A stretch of DNA of 64,000 nt from Cyanobacteriota bacterium (lineage in GTDB: Bacteria > Cyanobacteriota > Cyanobacteriia > Cyanobacteriales > Nostocaceae), in contig JBJOKS010000013.1 in NCBI GenBank assembly GCA_046045965.1, forward strand, positions 64,001 through 128,000. The letters are read 5' to 3'. Shown piece by piece: positions 23,760 through 34,093 of the stretch. Within the stretch, counting starts at the first letter, position 1, and each line of letters begins with the position of its first letter. Both the position numbers and the translations under genes were made by a program. The notes beneath the pieces are model-generated. The model worked only from the letters and a program-made list of their open reading frames with translations. It searched no databases and was not told where the DNA came from.

Positions 23760-23960
23760 ATCGCACTTTGGCTGTTTTTGTCCAGGTGCGTTTACTTTTT
23801 TTAATCACTGTCTGAATCAGGATGTCCAGGATTTTAGGATTTACAGGATGTTGATTTTCATAATTATGGCGATCGCACTTTGGCTTTTTTGACAATGTGC
23901 GTTTATTTTTTTAATAATTGTCTGATAGCGAAGCGTGGCGCAATCCATATCAGAATTTAC
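23760..23960. repeat. Degenerate tandem duplication (about 60-70 bp unit) with a 23-nt insertion in copy 2
   Basis: atcgcactttggct...gtgcgttta...tgtctga occurs at 23760-23815 and 23872-23925. Confidence 0.75.
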
Positions 23961-24100
23961 AAGACTTTAATTTATGAAACAAGTGTAGTTATTATTTGTT
24001 ACATTACGACCCTTGGCTAATGCTAAAAAGCGATTAAACTATATATCTAGCCAGGAAATAAATTCCCTGGCTTTCAGATTTTCTCACAAACAAATAAAAA

Positions 24101-24174
24101 TGGACGTAACTGGATTCGAACCAGTGACCCCATCGATGTCAACGATGTACTCTAACCAACTGAGCTATACGTCC
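24101..24174 (-). tRNA. trnV: tRNA-Val(GAC)
   Basis: Reverse complement GGACGTATAGCTCAGTTGGTTAGAGTACATCGTTGACATCGATGGGGTCACTGGTTCGAATCCAGTTACGTCCA; anticodon loop TT-GAC-AT; no encoded CCA. Confidence 0.97.
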
Positions 24175-24250
24175 TTAGCCAAAGCAATTTCTATCATAGC
24201 ATATATATTTTCCAGGTCAAGAGCAAAATGCAACTAATGGCAAAAAGTAT

Positions 24251-24889
24251 TTAGCTCCTCGAACCTTCCACCACTTCCAACAAACTCCGCAACATCCAAT
24301 AAGCAGAAGTTCCCCCTGGATCTTGATGTCCGATACTGCGATCGCCCAAATAACTGGCTCTACCCTTCTTTGCTAACATTGGTATAGTAGCCTTTAACCC
24401 ACATTCCGCAGCAGTTACAGCTAACCGCAAAGCTTCCACAGTTCCCATACCTTCATTTACAGCTTGCTCAAAAGCCGTTACAGATGGAGACAGCACATCA
24501 ACCATTGTCTTATCTCCTAACTGCGCCTTACCACGCTCAACTACCCCATCTAAACCAGATTGAAGTAAACTTAACATATCTTTTGCAGTTAATTCCTGCT
24601 TATCAGCAGTGGCGGAACTAGCTCTTAAAAACCAAGTTCCATACAAAGGACCACTTGCACCACCAACGCTGGATATCAAAGTCATGCTGACGGTTTTAAA
24701 AATGCTGCTGATATCCTTACCTGCAACACTCGGTAAAATACTCTTGACCTTCTTAAAACCTCTATCCATATTGATACCATGATCAGCATCACCTATGGCT
24801 GCATCTAATTCCGTCAAATCTTCTTTATGATGCTCAATCACAGAAGCAAACACCATTAACCATTCAACAATTTGCACCTGAGTAACCAT
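24251..24889 (-). CDS. dhaL: Dihydroxyacetone kinase ADP-binding subunit
   Basis: LDAAIGDADHG, GGASGPLYG, GRASYLG..S.GHQDPG. Confidence 0.93.
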   Translation of the reverse strand: MVTQVQIVEWLMVFASVIEHHKEDLTELDAAIGDADHGINMDRGFKKVKSILPSVAGKDISSIFKTVSMTLISSVGGASGPLYGTWFLRASSATADKQELTAKDMLSLLQSGLDGVVERGKAQLGDKTMVDVLSPSVTAFEQAVNEGMGTVEALRLAVTAAECGLKATIPMLAKKGRASYLGDRSIGHQDPGGTSAYWMLRSLLEVVEGSRS

Positions 24890-24890
24890 T

Positions 24891-25964
24891 TCATACTCCC
24901 CAGCGTAAACTTGCGGTTTTAACTGGTGCATCCCATAACCGTAACATCTCTTCGTCTAACTTCAGCAGAGTGATGGAGCAACCTTGCATTTCTAATGATG
25001 TCATGTAGGGTCCAATTAGATTACGCACTATTTGCAGTCCTTCCATCTCACAAATTTCTGCTAGTTTGCGGTAGACCAGATAAAGTTCAGAAACGGGAGT
25101 ACCACCCATACTGTTAACATAAGCTAAGAGGCGATCGCCTTTTTGCAAGGGTTTATTTAACAGTTCCACATCTACCCATCCTTCCTTGCTTTCGTCCCAT
25201 TCCCGCACTGTGCGACTATAGGCATTATCATCAATGAGTGATTGCACTAAAATCTCTGTAATTTCATCCCCAGAATTCATAGAAACCCTTTCTCGTCCTG
25301 GTTCTCCATGAATCCCTATTCCCAATTCTATTTGATCATCTTCCAAAGCAAAAGTCGGTGTACCCTTAGCAGGAACAGTACAAGAACTCAACGCTACCCC
25401 TACACTGCGGCCATGCAAATTCACCTTTCTACACAAATCTGCAACCTGCTGCAAATCATAACCTTTTTCCGCTGCGGCTCCACAAATTTTTTCTGCCAGT
25501 ACCGTTGTTCCTACACCCCTTCTTCCTTGGGTATATAAACTATCTTTCACTGCCACATCATCATCAATGATAATATTCAAAGTGCGGATACCTTCACTTC
25601 TGGCTAATTCCGTTGCCATTTCAAAATTCATCACATCGCCACTATAATTTTTGACAATATAAAGAATACCCGCACCTCCATCTACCCGTTCCGCTGCTGC
25701 TAACATTTGATCAGGAGTTGGTGAGGTGAAAACCTCTCCAGGACAAGCAGCATCAAGCATTCCCTGACCTACAAAACCCGCGTGCATCGGTTCGTGACCA
25801 CTTCCACCACCAGAAATAATTGCTACTTTTCCCTGTATAGGTGCATCGGCTCGATAGATAAAAGTAGGCTCATAATTTACCTGAATTAAATCGCTATGAG
25901 CCGCCGCCATTCCTGCTAGACTTTCCTTTACAAAGTCTTCTGGTTGATTAATCAGCTTTTTCAT
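24891..25964 (-). CDS. dhaK: Dihydroxyacetone kinase substrate-binding subunit
   Basis: [22 protein letters not shown]. Confidence 0.95.
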   Translation of the reverse strand: MKKLINQPEDFVKESLAGMAAAHSDLIQVNYEPTFIYRADAPIQGKVAIISGGGSGHEPMHAGFVGQGMLDAACPGEVFTSPTPDQMLAAAERVDGGAGILYIVKNYSGDVMNFEMATELARSEGIRTLNIIIDDDVAVKDSLYTQGRRGVGTTVLAEKICGAAAEKGYDLQQVADLCRKVNLHGRSVGVALSSCTVPAKGTPTFALEDDQIELGIGIHGEPGRERVSMNSGDEITEILVQSLIDDNAYSRTVREWDESKEGWVDVELLNKPLQKGDRLLAYVNSMGGTPVSELYLVYRKLAEICEMEGLQIVRNLIGPYMTSLEMQGCSITLLKLDEEMLRLWDAPVKTASLRWGV

Positions 25965-26098
25965 GATTTCTATTGGCAAAGGTGCTAAAAATCAGGATAA
26001 ACTTTTACAGCACCAAATTTCAGCATTTTTGCTTATAGAAGGGAACTCTTAACAGGGAATAGTGTTGAAACTTCTTTGGAATCTGAATTTGATTTCTG

Positions 26099-26635
26099 TC
26101 ACCTGTCACCTGCTACAACATTATTTAGTTTCAAGAAACTATCAAAAGCATACCAAGCTAAAACATACCAAGGAATTACTTCTAATTGCAGACCTTTAAT
26201 CATTAACTGTCTCACAGCTAAGATACTCAATCCAAAGGGAAACAGAAAACGTAAATCAACAGTACCATCTGTAGCACGTTCAACTCGTTGGTTTAAGTCA
26301 ATAACTGCATTAGATATACCCGTTGCTGCTTCTGTTTTACCTTGGGTAATATCTGCAAAAATTATGCCTATATCTTTTAGTGTTGCCAAAATTTCTGATA
26401 AAGCACCAGTTTGGGCATCATGATTAATAAGAATACTACCATGATGGATATTAGTTCGCACTTGAGTAATGTGAGGTTGTGCTGTTAAAAAATTGGCGAT
26501 ATGTTGTATTTTATCAGCTTGGCGGTTTTCCGGTGCAATTCTCAACCGTAGTCTTCCTGGAGTATCACTGACAATTTTTGTAGCTATGGGATTAAATGGT
26601 GTATTTAAACTTGCTTTCTCTGTAATTTCGAGCAT
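26099..26635 (-). CDS. HMA2-like domain protein
   Basis: PGRLRLR and V..N...GSILI.H motifs; C-terminal hydrophobic PWYVLAWY. Confidence 0.75.
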   Translation of the reverse strand: MLEITEKASLNTPFNPIATKIVSDTPGRLRLRIAPENRQADKIQHIANFLTAQPHITQVRTNIHHGSILINHDAQTGALSEILATLKDIGIIFADITQGKTEAATGISNAVIDLNQRVERATDGTVDLRFLFPFGLSILAVRQLMIKGLQLEVIPWYVLAWYAFDSFLKLNNVVAGDR

Positions 26636-26668
26636 ATTTTAAACCTTTACCATGCAAAATTCATAATG

Positions 26669-26769
26669 GAAGCATTCAGCTAATAGCTACGTCACGCTAC
26701 TTTCTCGATGTTGAGTTTGGATATAAATTGTCTTGGCTGATAGCTGATAGCTGACGGCTGAATGCTTAC
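26669..26769. repeat. Inverted-repeat element (AAGCATTCAGC...GCTGAATGCTT) containing GCTGATA heptamers
   Basis: Terminal inverted repeats; a shorter relative is at about 28753-28791. Confidence 0.6.
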
Positions 26770-26776
26770 TTACTAA

Positions 26777-27064
26777 TTACGAATTAGGTTGATTTTCAGC
26801 AGCTTCAAATGTAGGTGTATGTTGTTCTTCTGCTATTTCGGCTCTAGCTTCAGCGACAATATCTTCCCACGTTTCACCCAATTCTGCAAAAGCTCCCTTG
26901 CTTTTTTCATAAGCAACAAGTCCGCCTTTGATGATTGATTTAGCTATTGGTTTACCAATTCCTGCGACAACAGGGACTACCACAGGAGCAAGTAATACTG
27001 CACCAATTCCGGCTATAATTCCAGGAGCGCCAGCATCTTCTACAAAATCAGTAATTTTTGCCAT
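26777..27064 (-). CDS. DUF5132-like small protein
   Basis: GIGAVLLAP..P...KP.AK..IKGG...YEK...AE.GE..EDIVAEARAE pattern. Confidence 0.75.
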   Translation of the reverse strand: MAKITDFVEDAGAPGIIAGIGAVLLAPVVVPVVAGIGKPIAKSIIKGGLVAYEKSKGAFAELGETWEDIVAEARAEIAEEQHTPTFEAAENQPNS

Positions 27065-27287
27065 ATTAAATCAACCTCCAATAAGTTAGAGAATCTTAAA
27101 TAAGCTTTTTAATTTACTCTAATTTCTTTCATAAAATCCTCTTACTACTGGTAGAGGTTTTCAGAAGTCAGGAGATAAGATGTTTTTACACAACTTTAGT
27201 TATACGTAAGTAATATTATATTTACACGGTTAATCCAAGGTGATATTATACCAGAATAATCAAAATGATTCCTGCTTTTGCCTCACC

Positions 27288-27820
27288 ATGTCAGCATCTA
27301 CAGATGAATCTCAAAGTAATATTACTATCAGCGATCAACCTGCTGGAAAAGATAGTCTAGGTTTGACACCCTATGTCATCGCTATGACTGAATTTTTAAC
27401 CCATCCTGACACCAAACCACCGCTAACTATTTCTATTGAAGGTGAATGGGGAAGCGGTAAATCTTCCTTTATGGAGCAATTGGAAGAACAGATAAAAGTG
27501 AAGTCTAAAGAGGTGAGAAAACAAGAGTTACAAAAAGTCAGGAAGAATCTCAAAATTGATAGCGATTTATCAGAGATATGGAAATTTTTACAATTACGCT
27601 TTGGACAAGAAACTCAAACAGTTTGGTTTAATGCTTGGAGACATGAAAAAGCTGCTGATTTATTACAAGCTTTAAATATGATGATTTCTAATGATCCGCA
27701 GATAATTTTTATCTTGGGTATGGATCGGGAAAAGGTAGCAGCGGGGATAACATATAAACAGAAGAATGTACTTCCGTATTTAGCTTCTATTAGAGGAAAA
27801 AACCAAGATTCAACAGAATC
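27288..27820 (+). pseudogene. Internally deleted KAP-family P-loop NTPase paralog of 31587..33965
   Basis: Walker A GEWGSGKS and WFNAWRHEKA are joined directly to ADLLQALNMMIS; TM segments and Walker B are missing; the frame then runs into an Rpn-like tail out of frame. Confidence 0.85.
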
Positions 27821-27831
27821 AGGAGTTGATT

Positions 27832-28119
27832 ATGAAATTATCAGAAATGTATCAACAATTATTGGAAGAACTGAAAGAAGAACAAAGACAAGAAGGAAGA
27901 GAAGAAGGTCGTCAAGAAGGTCGTCAAGAAGGTCGGCAAGAAGGAGAAATAAGAGAACGTCGTGCAATGGTGGAAAGTATTTTACAAGTAAGGTTTGGAG
28001 AAGTTGATCCTGAATTAGCAAACATTATTGATCAGGTAATTACCATGTCTAGAGATAAATTTACTCCACTACTTTTAAATTTATCTCGTGCAGATTTATT
28101 AAATAGGTTTACAAACTAG
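27832..28119 (+). CDS. Stand-alone Rpn/DUF4351-like C-terminal module (95 aa)
   Basis: AGGAG at 27821-27825 then ATG; close paralog of the last 99 aa of 34094..35065, with QEGR repeats. Confidence 0.7.
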   Translation: MKLSEMYQQLLEELKEEQRQEGREEGRQEGRQEGRQEGEIRERRAMVESILQVRFGEVDPELANIIDQVITMSRDKFTPLLLNLSRADLLNRFTN

Positions 28120-28187
28120 CTACAAACTAGCTATTCAAAAAATCAATGGTGAGATGATTATCATTTTTAATCTATCTCACCTGTCAC

Positions 28188-28715
28188 CTACTTAACTATC
28201 CTGGCTTGATATTCAGCCTCAGTCATCAATTCCTCAGTAGATTCTACTCTATCTAAAAATACCTTGCCTTCCAAATGATCATACTCGTGTTGAAAAATTC
28301 GAGCGATGAAATCAGTTAATTCTTGCTTTTGTATCTTTCCATGACGGTTAGTATATTCAATTTCAATCTTCTGATATCTAGGAACTAAACCCCTAATTCC
28401 CGGAACACTTAAACAACCTTCCCAGCCTTTGACAACTTCCGTTGAATGACCAATAATTTGCGGATTAATCATTGCTGTTGGTTCCATTTCCGGTGCATCG
28501 GGATATCTGGAATTAGGACGAGAAGCAACAATAAATAAACGATAGGATGCTGCTACTTGAGGTGCAGCAATTCCCACACCATTAGCTTGGGAAACCGTAG
28601 CTATTAAATCATCAATGAGTTTTTGAATATGCTGATCATCAATGTTTGCCACCAAAGCAGCTTTTCGTCGTAATATCGGATTACCTAATTGGATGATTGG
28701 TACTTTTTCACTCAT
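28188..28715 (-). CDS. def: Peptide deformylase
   Basis: GVGIAAPQ, EGCLS, QHEYDH. Confidence 0.97.
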   Translation of the reverse strand: MSEKVPIIQLGNPILRRKAALVANIDDQHIQKLIDDLIATVSQANGVGIAAPQVAASYRLFIVASRPNSRYPDAPEMEPTAMINPQIIGHSTEVVKGWEGCLSVPGIRGLVPRYQKIEIEYTNRHGKIQKQELTDFIARIFQHEYDHLEGKVFLDRVESTEELMTEAEYQARIVK

Positions 28716-28794
28716 TTTTAAACCTCCTGTAATTTAAAACTCTTGTAAACATGGTAAGCATTCAGCCGTTAGCTAATGACTGAATGCTGACAAA

Positions 28795-30054
28795 TTAAGT
28801 ATCACGTCTAATTGGTAAAGGTGCCGGTCTGACTGTTAATTGAACAATTGTTCCATTCCGTTCTACTTGGACTTCGAGAGGAGTACCAATTTGACTTTTT
28901 TCTACTAGCTTTTGGACTTCATCAACTTTAGTTACAGGTTGATTATTAATGCTTTTAATTACATCCCCTGGTCTGAGTCCACCAATTGCGGCTGGTGATT
29001 GAGGAACAATTCTTACTAACAAAACGCCTTGATCTGCAATTAAATTTACTCTATCACCTAATCTACTAATGATTCTTTCCTTAACTTCTGGTGTGAGCGT
29101 CATCATTTGCACACCCAAATAAGGATGATCTACCCTACCTTTGCTAATTAATTCTTGAGAAATTTTCTGCACTGTATTAATAGGAATTGCAAACCCTAAA
29201 CCTTGAGCGCCTTGAATAATAGCGGTGTTCATTCCTATTACTTCACCACGAATATTAAGCAGTGGACCACCAGAATTGCCAGGATTAATTGCTGCATCTG
29301 TTTGTAAATAATCCACCCGCTTATCACTAGCACCAATGTCACTACTAGAACGGTCTGTAGCACTCAGAATTCCTGAAGTAACGGTATTATTTAAACCCAA
29401 AGGATTACCAATAGCAATTACCGCTTCTCCTGGTTGCAAGGTACTGGAATTACCTAAAGCTAGAGTTGGTAGATTATTAGCCTCAATTTGGATGACGGCT
29501 ACATCTGTAACTGGATCTTCTCCTAATACTTTGCCCTCAAAATTACGACCGTCTTTGAGTGTAACTGTAACTTGATCTGCGCCATCTACGACATGAGAAT
29601 TAGTCAAAATTTGCCCAGAAGAATTAATAATAAATCCAGAACCGCTACCCCTTTCTACTCTTTGTCTCTGCTGTGGGATTCTGTCACCAAAAAACCTGCG
29701 GAAAAATGGATCGGAAAATTCATCTGGTACTTGAGATGTAACAGTTCTAGCCGAATCAATACGAACAACAGCACCTCCAACTTTTTGTACTACTCCCACG
29801 ACAAAGTTAGGATTACCAGAAGATGCGATGATAGCAGGAGGCATAATTACTGAAGTTGGGTTAGTAGTCTTTTGGACTTGAGCCATGCCTTGTTCCGCTT
29901 CTAAGGTTCTACTATTTAAGTTAGAGCAGCCACTAAGAACCAATGCGGCTAAACCAGTGATTAACATCCATCCTTTTGCTTTTGCTCCCCTTTGGTGGAT
30001 CAAAAGCGTGGTATCAATATGTTTAGACGTTAGGTTATGATTATTCGTTTTCAT
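28795..30054 (-). CDS. HtrA/DegP-family (HhoA/HhoB-type) serine protease with PDZ domain
   Basis: GSGSGF, TNSH, D.AV, GNSGGP triad; LSGC lipobox-like segment; C-terminal PDZ. Confidence 0.93.
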   Translation of the reverse strand: MKTNNHNLTSKHIDTTLLIHQRGAKAKGWMLITGLAALVLSGCSNLNSRTLEAEQGMAQVQKTTNPTSVIMPPAIIASSGNPNFVVGVVQKVGGAVVRIDSARTVTSQVPDEFSDPFFRRFFGDRIPQQRQRVERGSGSGFIINSSGQILTNSHVVDGADQVTVTLKDGRNFEGKVLGEDPVTDVAVIQIEANNLPTLALGNSSTLQPGEAVIAIGNPLGLNNTVTSGILSATDRSSSDIGASDKRVDYLQTDAAINPGNSGGPLLNIRGEVIGMNTAIIQGAQGLGFAIPINTVQKISQELISKGRVDHPYLGVQMMTLTPEVKERIISRLGDRVNLIADQGVLLVRIVPQSPAAIGGLRPGDVIKSINNQPVTKVDEVQKLVEKSQIGTPLEVQVERNGTIVQLTVRPAPLPIRRDT

Positions 30055-30195
30055 GATGTACTTTTTTCTCCGTGTTAGTCACTAAGTGGTAGGATATTGG
30101 CTACCTGGTTTAAACCAGAATGATTACAGTTTAAAGTTAAATAATTGTTTGCTCATATCTTCTTCTATTGTGGCAATTAGCAGCAAAGTTTGTAG

Positions 30196-31575
30196 ATGAT
30201 GGAAATTCCCATAGACAATCTGTGGCATCAAGTGCTAGAGCGTTTACAGCTAGAGCTATCTCGTCCTACCTTTGAAACTTGGATTAAAACTGCTAATGCA
30301 GAACAGTTAGAAAATAATTGCTTAGTGATATCTACTCCTAACTTATTTGCGCGGAATTGGCTGCAAAAGTATTACATCAATACTATTGCTCGTGTGGTGC
30401 AAGATATTTTAGGTTATCCAGTAGAAATTTACATTACTGTTGCTCAAGGTGATGAAGTTTCTCCTTTAGATAAACAAGAGGTAGGTTGGGAATTACCAGC
30501 AGTCAATCCTATTACCCCAAATGTACCCAAAAACCCACAAAAAAGTACAGAATTAAATTCTAAGTACGTTTTTTCCAGATTTGTGGTTGGTGCTAATAAT
30601 CGTATGGCTCATGCGGCTTCTTTAGCAGTAGCAGAATATCCAGGTAGGGAATTTAATCCTTTATTTTTATGCGGTGGTGTGGGTTTAGGAAAAACTCATT
30701 TAATGCAGGCTATTGGTAATTATCGCTGGGAAATTTATCCTGATTCTAAAATATTTTATGTTTCTACTGAGCAGTTTACTAATGATTTAATTACTGCTAT
30801 TCGTAATGATAGTATGCAAAGTTTTCGGGAGCATTACCGAGCGGCTGATGTTTTGTTAGTTGATGATATTCAATTTCTGGAAGGTAAAGAATATACTCAA
30901 GAAGAATTTTTTCATACTTTTAATACTTTGCATGAGGCTGGTAAGCAAGTTGTGATTGCTTCTGACCGTCCTCCTAAACAAATTCCTAGTTTGCAAGAAC
31001 GGCTTTGTTCGCGGTTTTCGATGGGGTTAATTGCAGATATTCAAACGCCGGATTTAGAAACGCGGATGGCAATTTTGCAAAAAAAAGCTGAGTATGAAAA
31101 TATTCGTTTACCCAGAGATGTAATTGAATATATTGCTTATAATTATACTTCTAATATTAGAGAATTGGAAGGAGCTTTAATTCGGGCTTTGGCTTATATT
31201 TCTATTTGGGGTTTACCCATGACTGTGGAAAATATTACCCCGGTTTTAGGCACTCCTAGCGAGAAATTGGAAGCAACACCAGAGGTAATTTTAAATGTGA
31301 TAGCTGATTTTTTTAAGCTCTCAATTGAAGATTTAAAAAGTAATTCCCGCAGGAGAGAAATTAGCTGGGCTAGACAAATTGGTATGTATTTAATGCGTCA
31401 ATATACAGGATTAAGTTTACCAAGAATTGGTGAAGAGTTTGGAGGGAAAGACCATACAACGGTGATGTATAGTTGTGAGAAAATTACACAACTTCAGGAG
31501 ACAGATAAGAGTTTAATGCAAACTTTACGACAATTGAGCGATCGCATTAACATGAATAGTCGTTATCAAAAATAG
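30196..31575 (+). CDS. dnaA: Chromosomal replication initiator DnaA
   Basis: [33 protein letters not shown]. Confidence 0.98.
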   Translation: MMEIPIDNLWHQVLERLQLELSRPTFETWIKTANAEQLENNCLVISTPNLFARNWLQKYYINTIARVVQDILGYPVEIYITVAQGDEVSPLDKQEVGWELPAVNPITPNVPKNPQKSTELNSKYVFSRFVVGANNRMAHAASLAVAEYPGREFNPLFLCGGVGLGKTHLMQAIGNYRWEIYPDSKIFYVSTEQFTNDLITAIRNDSMQSFREHYRAADVLLVDDIQFLEGKEYTQEEFFHTFNTLHEAGKQVVIASDRPPKQIPSLQERLCSRFSMGLIADIQTPDLETRMAILQKKAEYENIRLPRDVIEYIAYNYTSNIRELEGALIRALAYISIWGLPMTVENITPVLGTPSEKLEATPEVILNVIADFFKLSIEDLKSNSRRREISWARQIGMYLMRQYTGLSLPRIGEEFGGKDHTTVMYSCEKITQLQETDKSLMQTLRQLSDRINMNSRYQK

Positions 31576-31586
31576 GAGTTGAGAAG

Positions 31587-33965
31587 ATGTCTAACGAAGA
31601 ATCGAACCAGAATAATATTATTATTAGCGATCAAAGTGCTACAAAAGATAGTCTTGGTTTTGAACCTTATGTAATAGCTATGGCTGATTTCTTAACTAAT
31701 CCTGACACACAACCGCCGCTAACTATTTCTATTGAAGGTGAATGGGGTAGCGGTAAATCTTTTTTTATGGAGAAACTTGAAACCCACATAAAAGTGAAGT
31801 CTGAAGAGTTGAAAAAAGAAAAGTTAAATAAAGTTAAACGTGCTTCATGGCAATTTTGGAAATTAAAGTGCAGCCAAAAAACTCAAACAGTTTGGTTTAA
31901 TGCTTGGAGACATGAAAAAGCTGAATCACTTTGGGCTACTTTTGCAATCTCTTTTTTAGAAGAAATATCTAGAAATCGTGATTGTCGAGATTTTATACAT
32001 AATCTATATAGTTCCTTACTACTGTTTATAAAACGTCTAGATTTTAAAGAGAAACCAATGAAATCTCTTCAGACATTATTTAGTGGAATCGTAATTTGCA
32101 GTATTATTGTAGGGTTTATATATGTTGCTTTTTTTAAAGTTGGCTTTGCTGGAATTTCTAATTGGTCTGAACAGGTTGTAGAGATTATAGAAAAATCAAA
32201 GGGTGCAGATAAGGAAGAACCAAAAAACGAGCAAAAACCCAGCAGTAAAAATGCGGAAAATCTGCCTTTAACTCTCTCATTATTATTTGGAGGTGCTGCT
32301 GGTTCATTGGCCGGAGTAGGTAAACTTCTGGCCAAGTTAAAGGAATTAATTGGTGATCCGAAAATGGATTTGACTCAATATCTGGAATCACCTGACTATA
32401 AAAGCCAAGTTGCTTTTGTGGAAAAGTTCCATGCAGATTTTAGGAAGATTGTGGAAGCTTATGTAGGAAAAGATGAAAAAGTTTATGTTTTTATTGATGA
32501 TCTTGACCGTTGTGAATTAGGTAAAGCGGCTGATTTGTTACAAGCTCTCAATATGATGATTTCCAATGAACCGCAGATAATTTTTATTTTGGGTATGGAT
32601 CGAGAAAAGGTAGCAGCAGGGATAACATATAAACAGAAAGATGTACTTCCCTATCTGGCTTCAATTGCAGGAAGAAATCAAGATCCGAAAAAAGAAATTG
32701 ATACCATAAGCAAGCAGTTGAACTATGGCTTTAGTTATCTGGAAAAATTTGTTCAATTATCCTTTACACTTCCCAAACCTTCAGAAAATAGTTTAGATGG
32801 CTTTTTTGAAGATCTATCTTCTAGTCATAAAGAAAAGGTAACTTCTGAAAAAAGCTTTTTTTGGACTTCTACTGTCTTATTTATCAACCAAAAGTTCGAT
32901 GATGTAAAAAGTAAAATAAAAAAGTCTAAGAAAGCAGATACAAAATTTGATACAGAATCAGAAGTTAAAGAAAATTCAAAACCTAATCATCTAGAACTAG
33001 CACTTTTCCCCATCGTTAAAAAACATTTAGAAAAAGATGAAAAAGAAGACCTTATAAAAATGGTTGCTCCTTTTTTTGATAATAATCCTCGTCGATTGAA
33101 GCAATACATTAATGGATTTAGATTAACAAGATATATCTATTATTATGCCATTGGAGTTAAGTGGGAGGAAAAAAAGCAAATAATAACTCAACAGCAATTA
33201 GGTAAGTTTGTGGCAATTACTCTCCAATATCCCCGTCTTTTAAATGAACTTAAAAAAGACAATATGCTACTTAACCAGTTAGAACAGTGTGCTATTGATA
33301 AATTCAATCAATCGAATAGTTTTAATAATTCTCAGAATACTGAACTTACAGTCAATAATCAGGGAGATGCAAATTACGGAGATGCAAGTTACTGGGTAAA
33401 CACATATCAAAAACTAGCAGAATTACTTTACTATGGAGTGAAAACAGATCCGGACAATTATAGTCTTAAAAATGAAGGTATTAAAAAACTCCTGGAAGTT
33501 TCACCAAAACTAGAGCTACCTTCTAAATATTTCAAACTGCGTGAGTTTCTGGAAGAGAAAAAATGGCAAGATGCAGACGTAGAAACGCTGATTTTAATGC
33601 GGAATGTAGCCGAGCGAGAGGGTTATGAAATGAATGGTAAGGCGTATTTTAGAACTATCGAAGATTTTCCTTTAAAAGACCGCTACATTATTGACCAACT
33701 TTGGGTAAAATACAGCGCAGGACACTTTGGTTTTTCTGTCCAACAGCGCATCTATCAAGAATTCGGTGGTACTATTATCAATGATGATGAAGAAATCAGG
33801 AACAAATTCCTCAATCACGTAGGATGGCGACAAGAAAACGACCTCACCTTCACAGCGGATGCGTATGAAACAGCACCCAAGGGATATCTCCCTAAAAAAG
33901 TGTATTGGTACATCAGCATAAGGGAATTAACATTTGAAAACCAGGACAGAGATTCTCTTCTCTAG
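31587..33965 (+). CDS. KAP-family P-loop NTPase with two TM segments and a C-terminal GUN4-like domain
   Basis: GEWGSGKS, FNAW, TM insert, VFIDDLDRC, YLEKFVQ, NPRRLKQ; GUN4 motifs W..AD.ET, IDQLWVKYS.G.FGFSVQ, VGWR, APKGYLP. Confidence 0.88.
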   Translation: MSNEESNQNNIIISDQSATKDSLGFEPYVIAMADFLTNPDTQPPLTISIEGEWGSGKSFFMEKLETHIKVKSEELKKEKLNKVKRASWQFWKLKCSQKTQTVWFNAWRHEKAESLWATFAISFLEEISRNRDCRDFIHNLYSSLLLFIKRLDFKEKPMKSLQTLFSGIVICSIIVGFIYVAFFKVGFAGISNWSEQVVEIIEKSKGADKEEPKNEQKPSSKNAENLPLTLSLLFGGAAGSLAGVGKLLAKLKELIGDPKMDLTQYLESPDYKSQVAFVEKFHADFRKIVEAYVGKDEKVYVFIDDLDRCELGKAADLLQALNMMISNEPQIIFILGMDREKVAAGITYKQKDVLPYLASIAGRNQDPKKEIDTISKQLNYGFSYLEKFVQLSFTLPKPSENSLDGFFEDLSSSHKEKVTSEKSFFWTSTVLFINQKFDDVKSKIKKSKKADTKFDTESEVKENSKPNHLELALFPIVKKHLEKDEKEDLIKMVAPFFDNNPRRLKQYINGFRLTRYIYYYAIGVKWEEKKQIITQQQLGKFVAITLQYPRLLNELKKDNMLLNQLEQCAIDKFNQSNSFNNSQNTELTVNNQGDANYGDASYWVNTYQKLAELLYYGVKTDPDNYSLKNEGIKKLLEVSPKLELPSKYFKLREFLEEKKWQDADVETLILMRNVAEREGYEMNGKAYFRTIEDFPLKDRYIIDQLWVKYSAGHFGFSVQQRIYQEFGGTIINDDEEIRNKFLNHVGWRQENDLTFTADAYETAPKGYLPKKVYWYISIRELTFENQDRDSLL

Positions 33966-34023
33966 CGTCCAAACTTGTAAGCTTAAAAACATAATTTTAT
34001 ACTACTAATTAAAGATTAATATG

Positions 34024-34058
34024 CCCCTCTCCGCCTCGGAGAGGGGTTGGGGTGAGGT
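34024..34058. repeat. Small dispersed hairpin repeat CCCCTCTCC..GGAGAGGGGTTGGGGTGAGG
   Basis: Hairpin cccctctccg-cct-cggagagggg followed by ttggggtgagg. Confidence 0.7.
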
Positions 34059-34093
34059 TCTAATTTCCAACAATCTTGGTAAAAATCAGAAAA

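Noticed and set aside
24013..24237. 74-aa plus-strand ORF
   Set aside because: It overlaps tRNA-Val on the opposite strand.
27821..28007. Arg/Ser-rich tail of the 255-aa ORF 27240..28007
   Set aside because: It is an out-of-frame reading of the QEGR repeats after a deletion junction, not a real domain.
33780..33990. GUN4 3' end as a diversity-generating retroelement variable region
   Set aside because: No reverse transcriptase and no template repeat differing at adenines was seen in the window.
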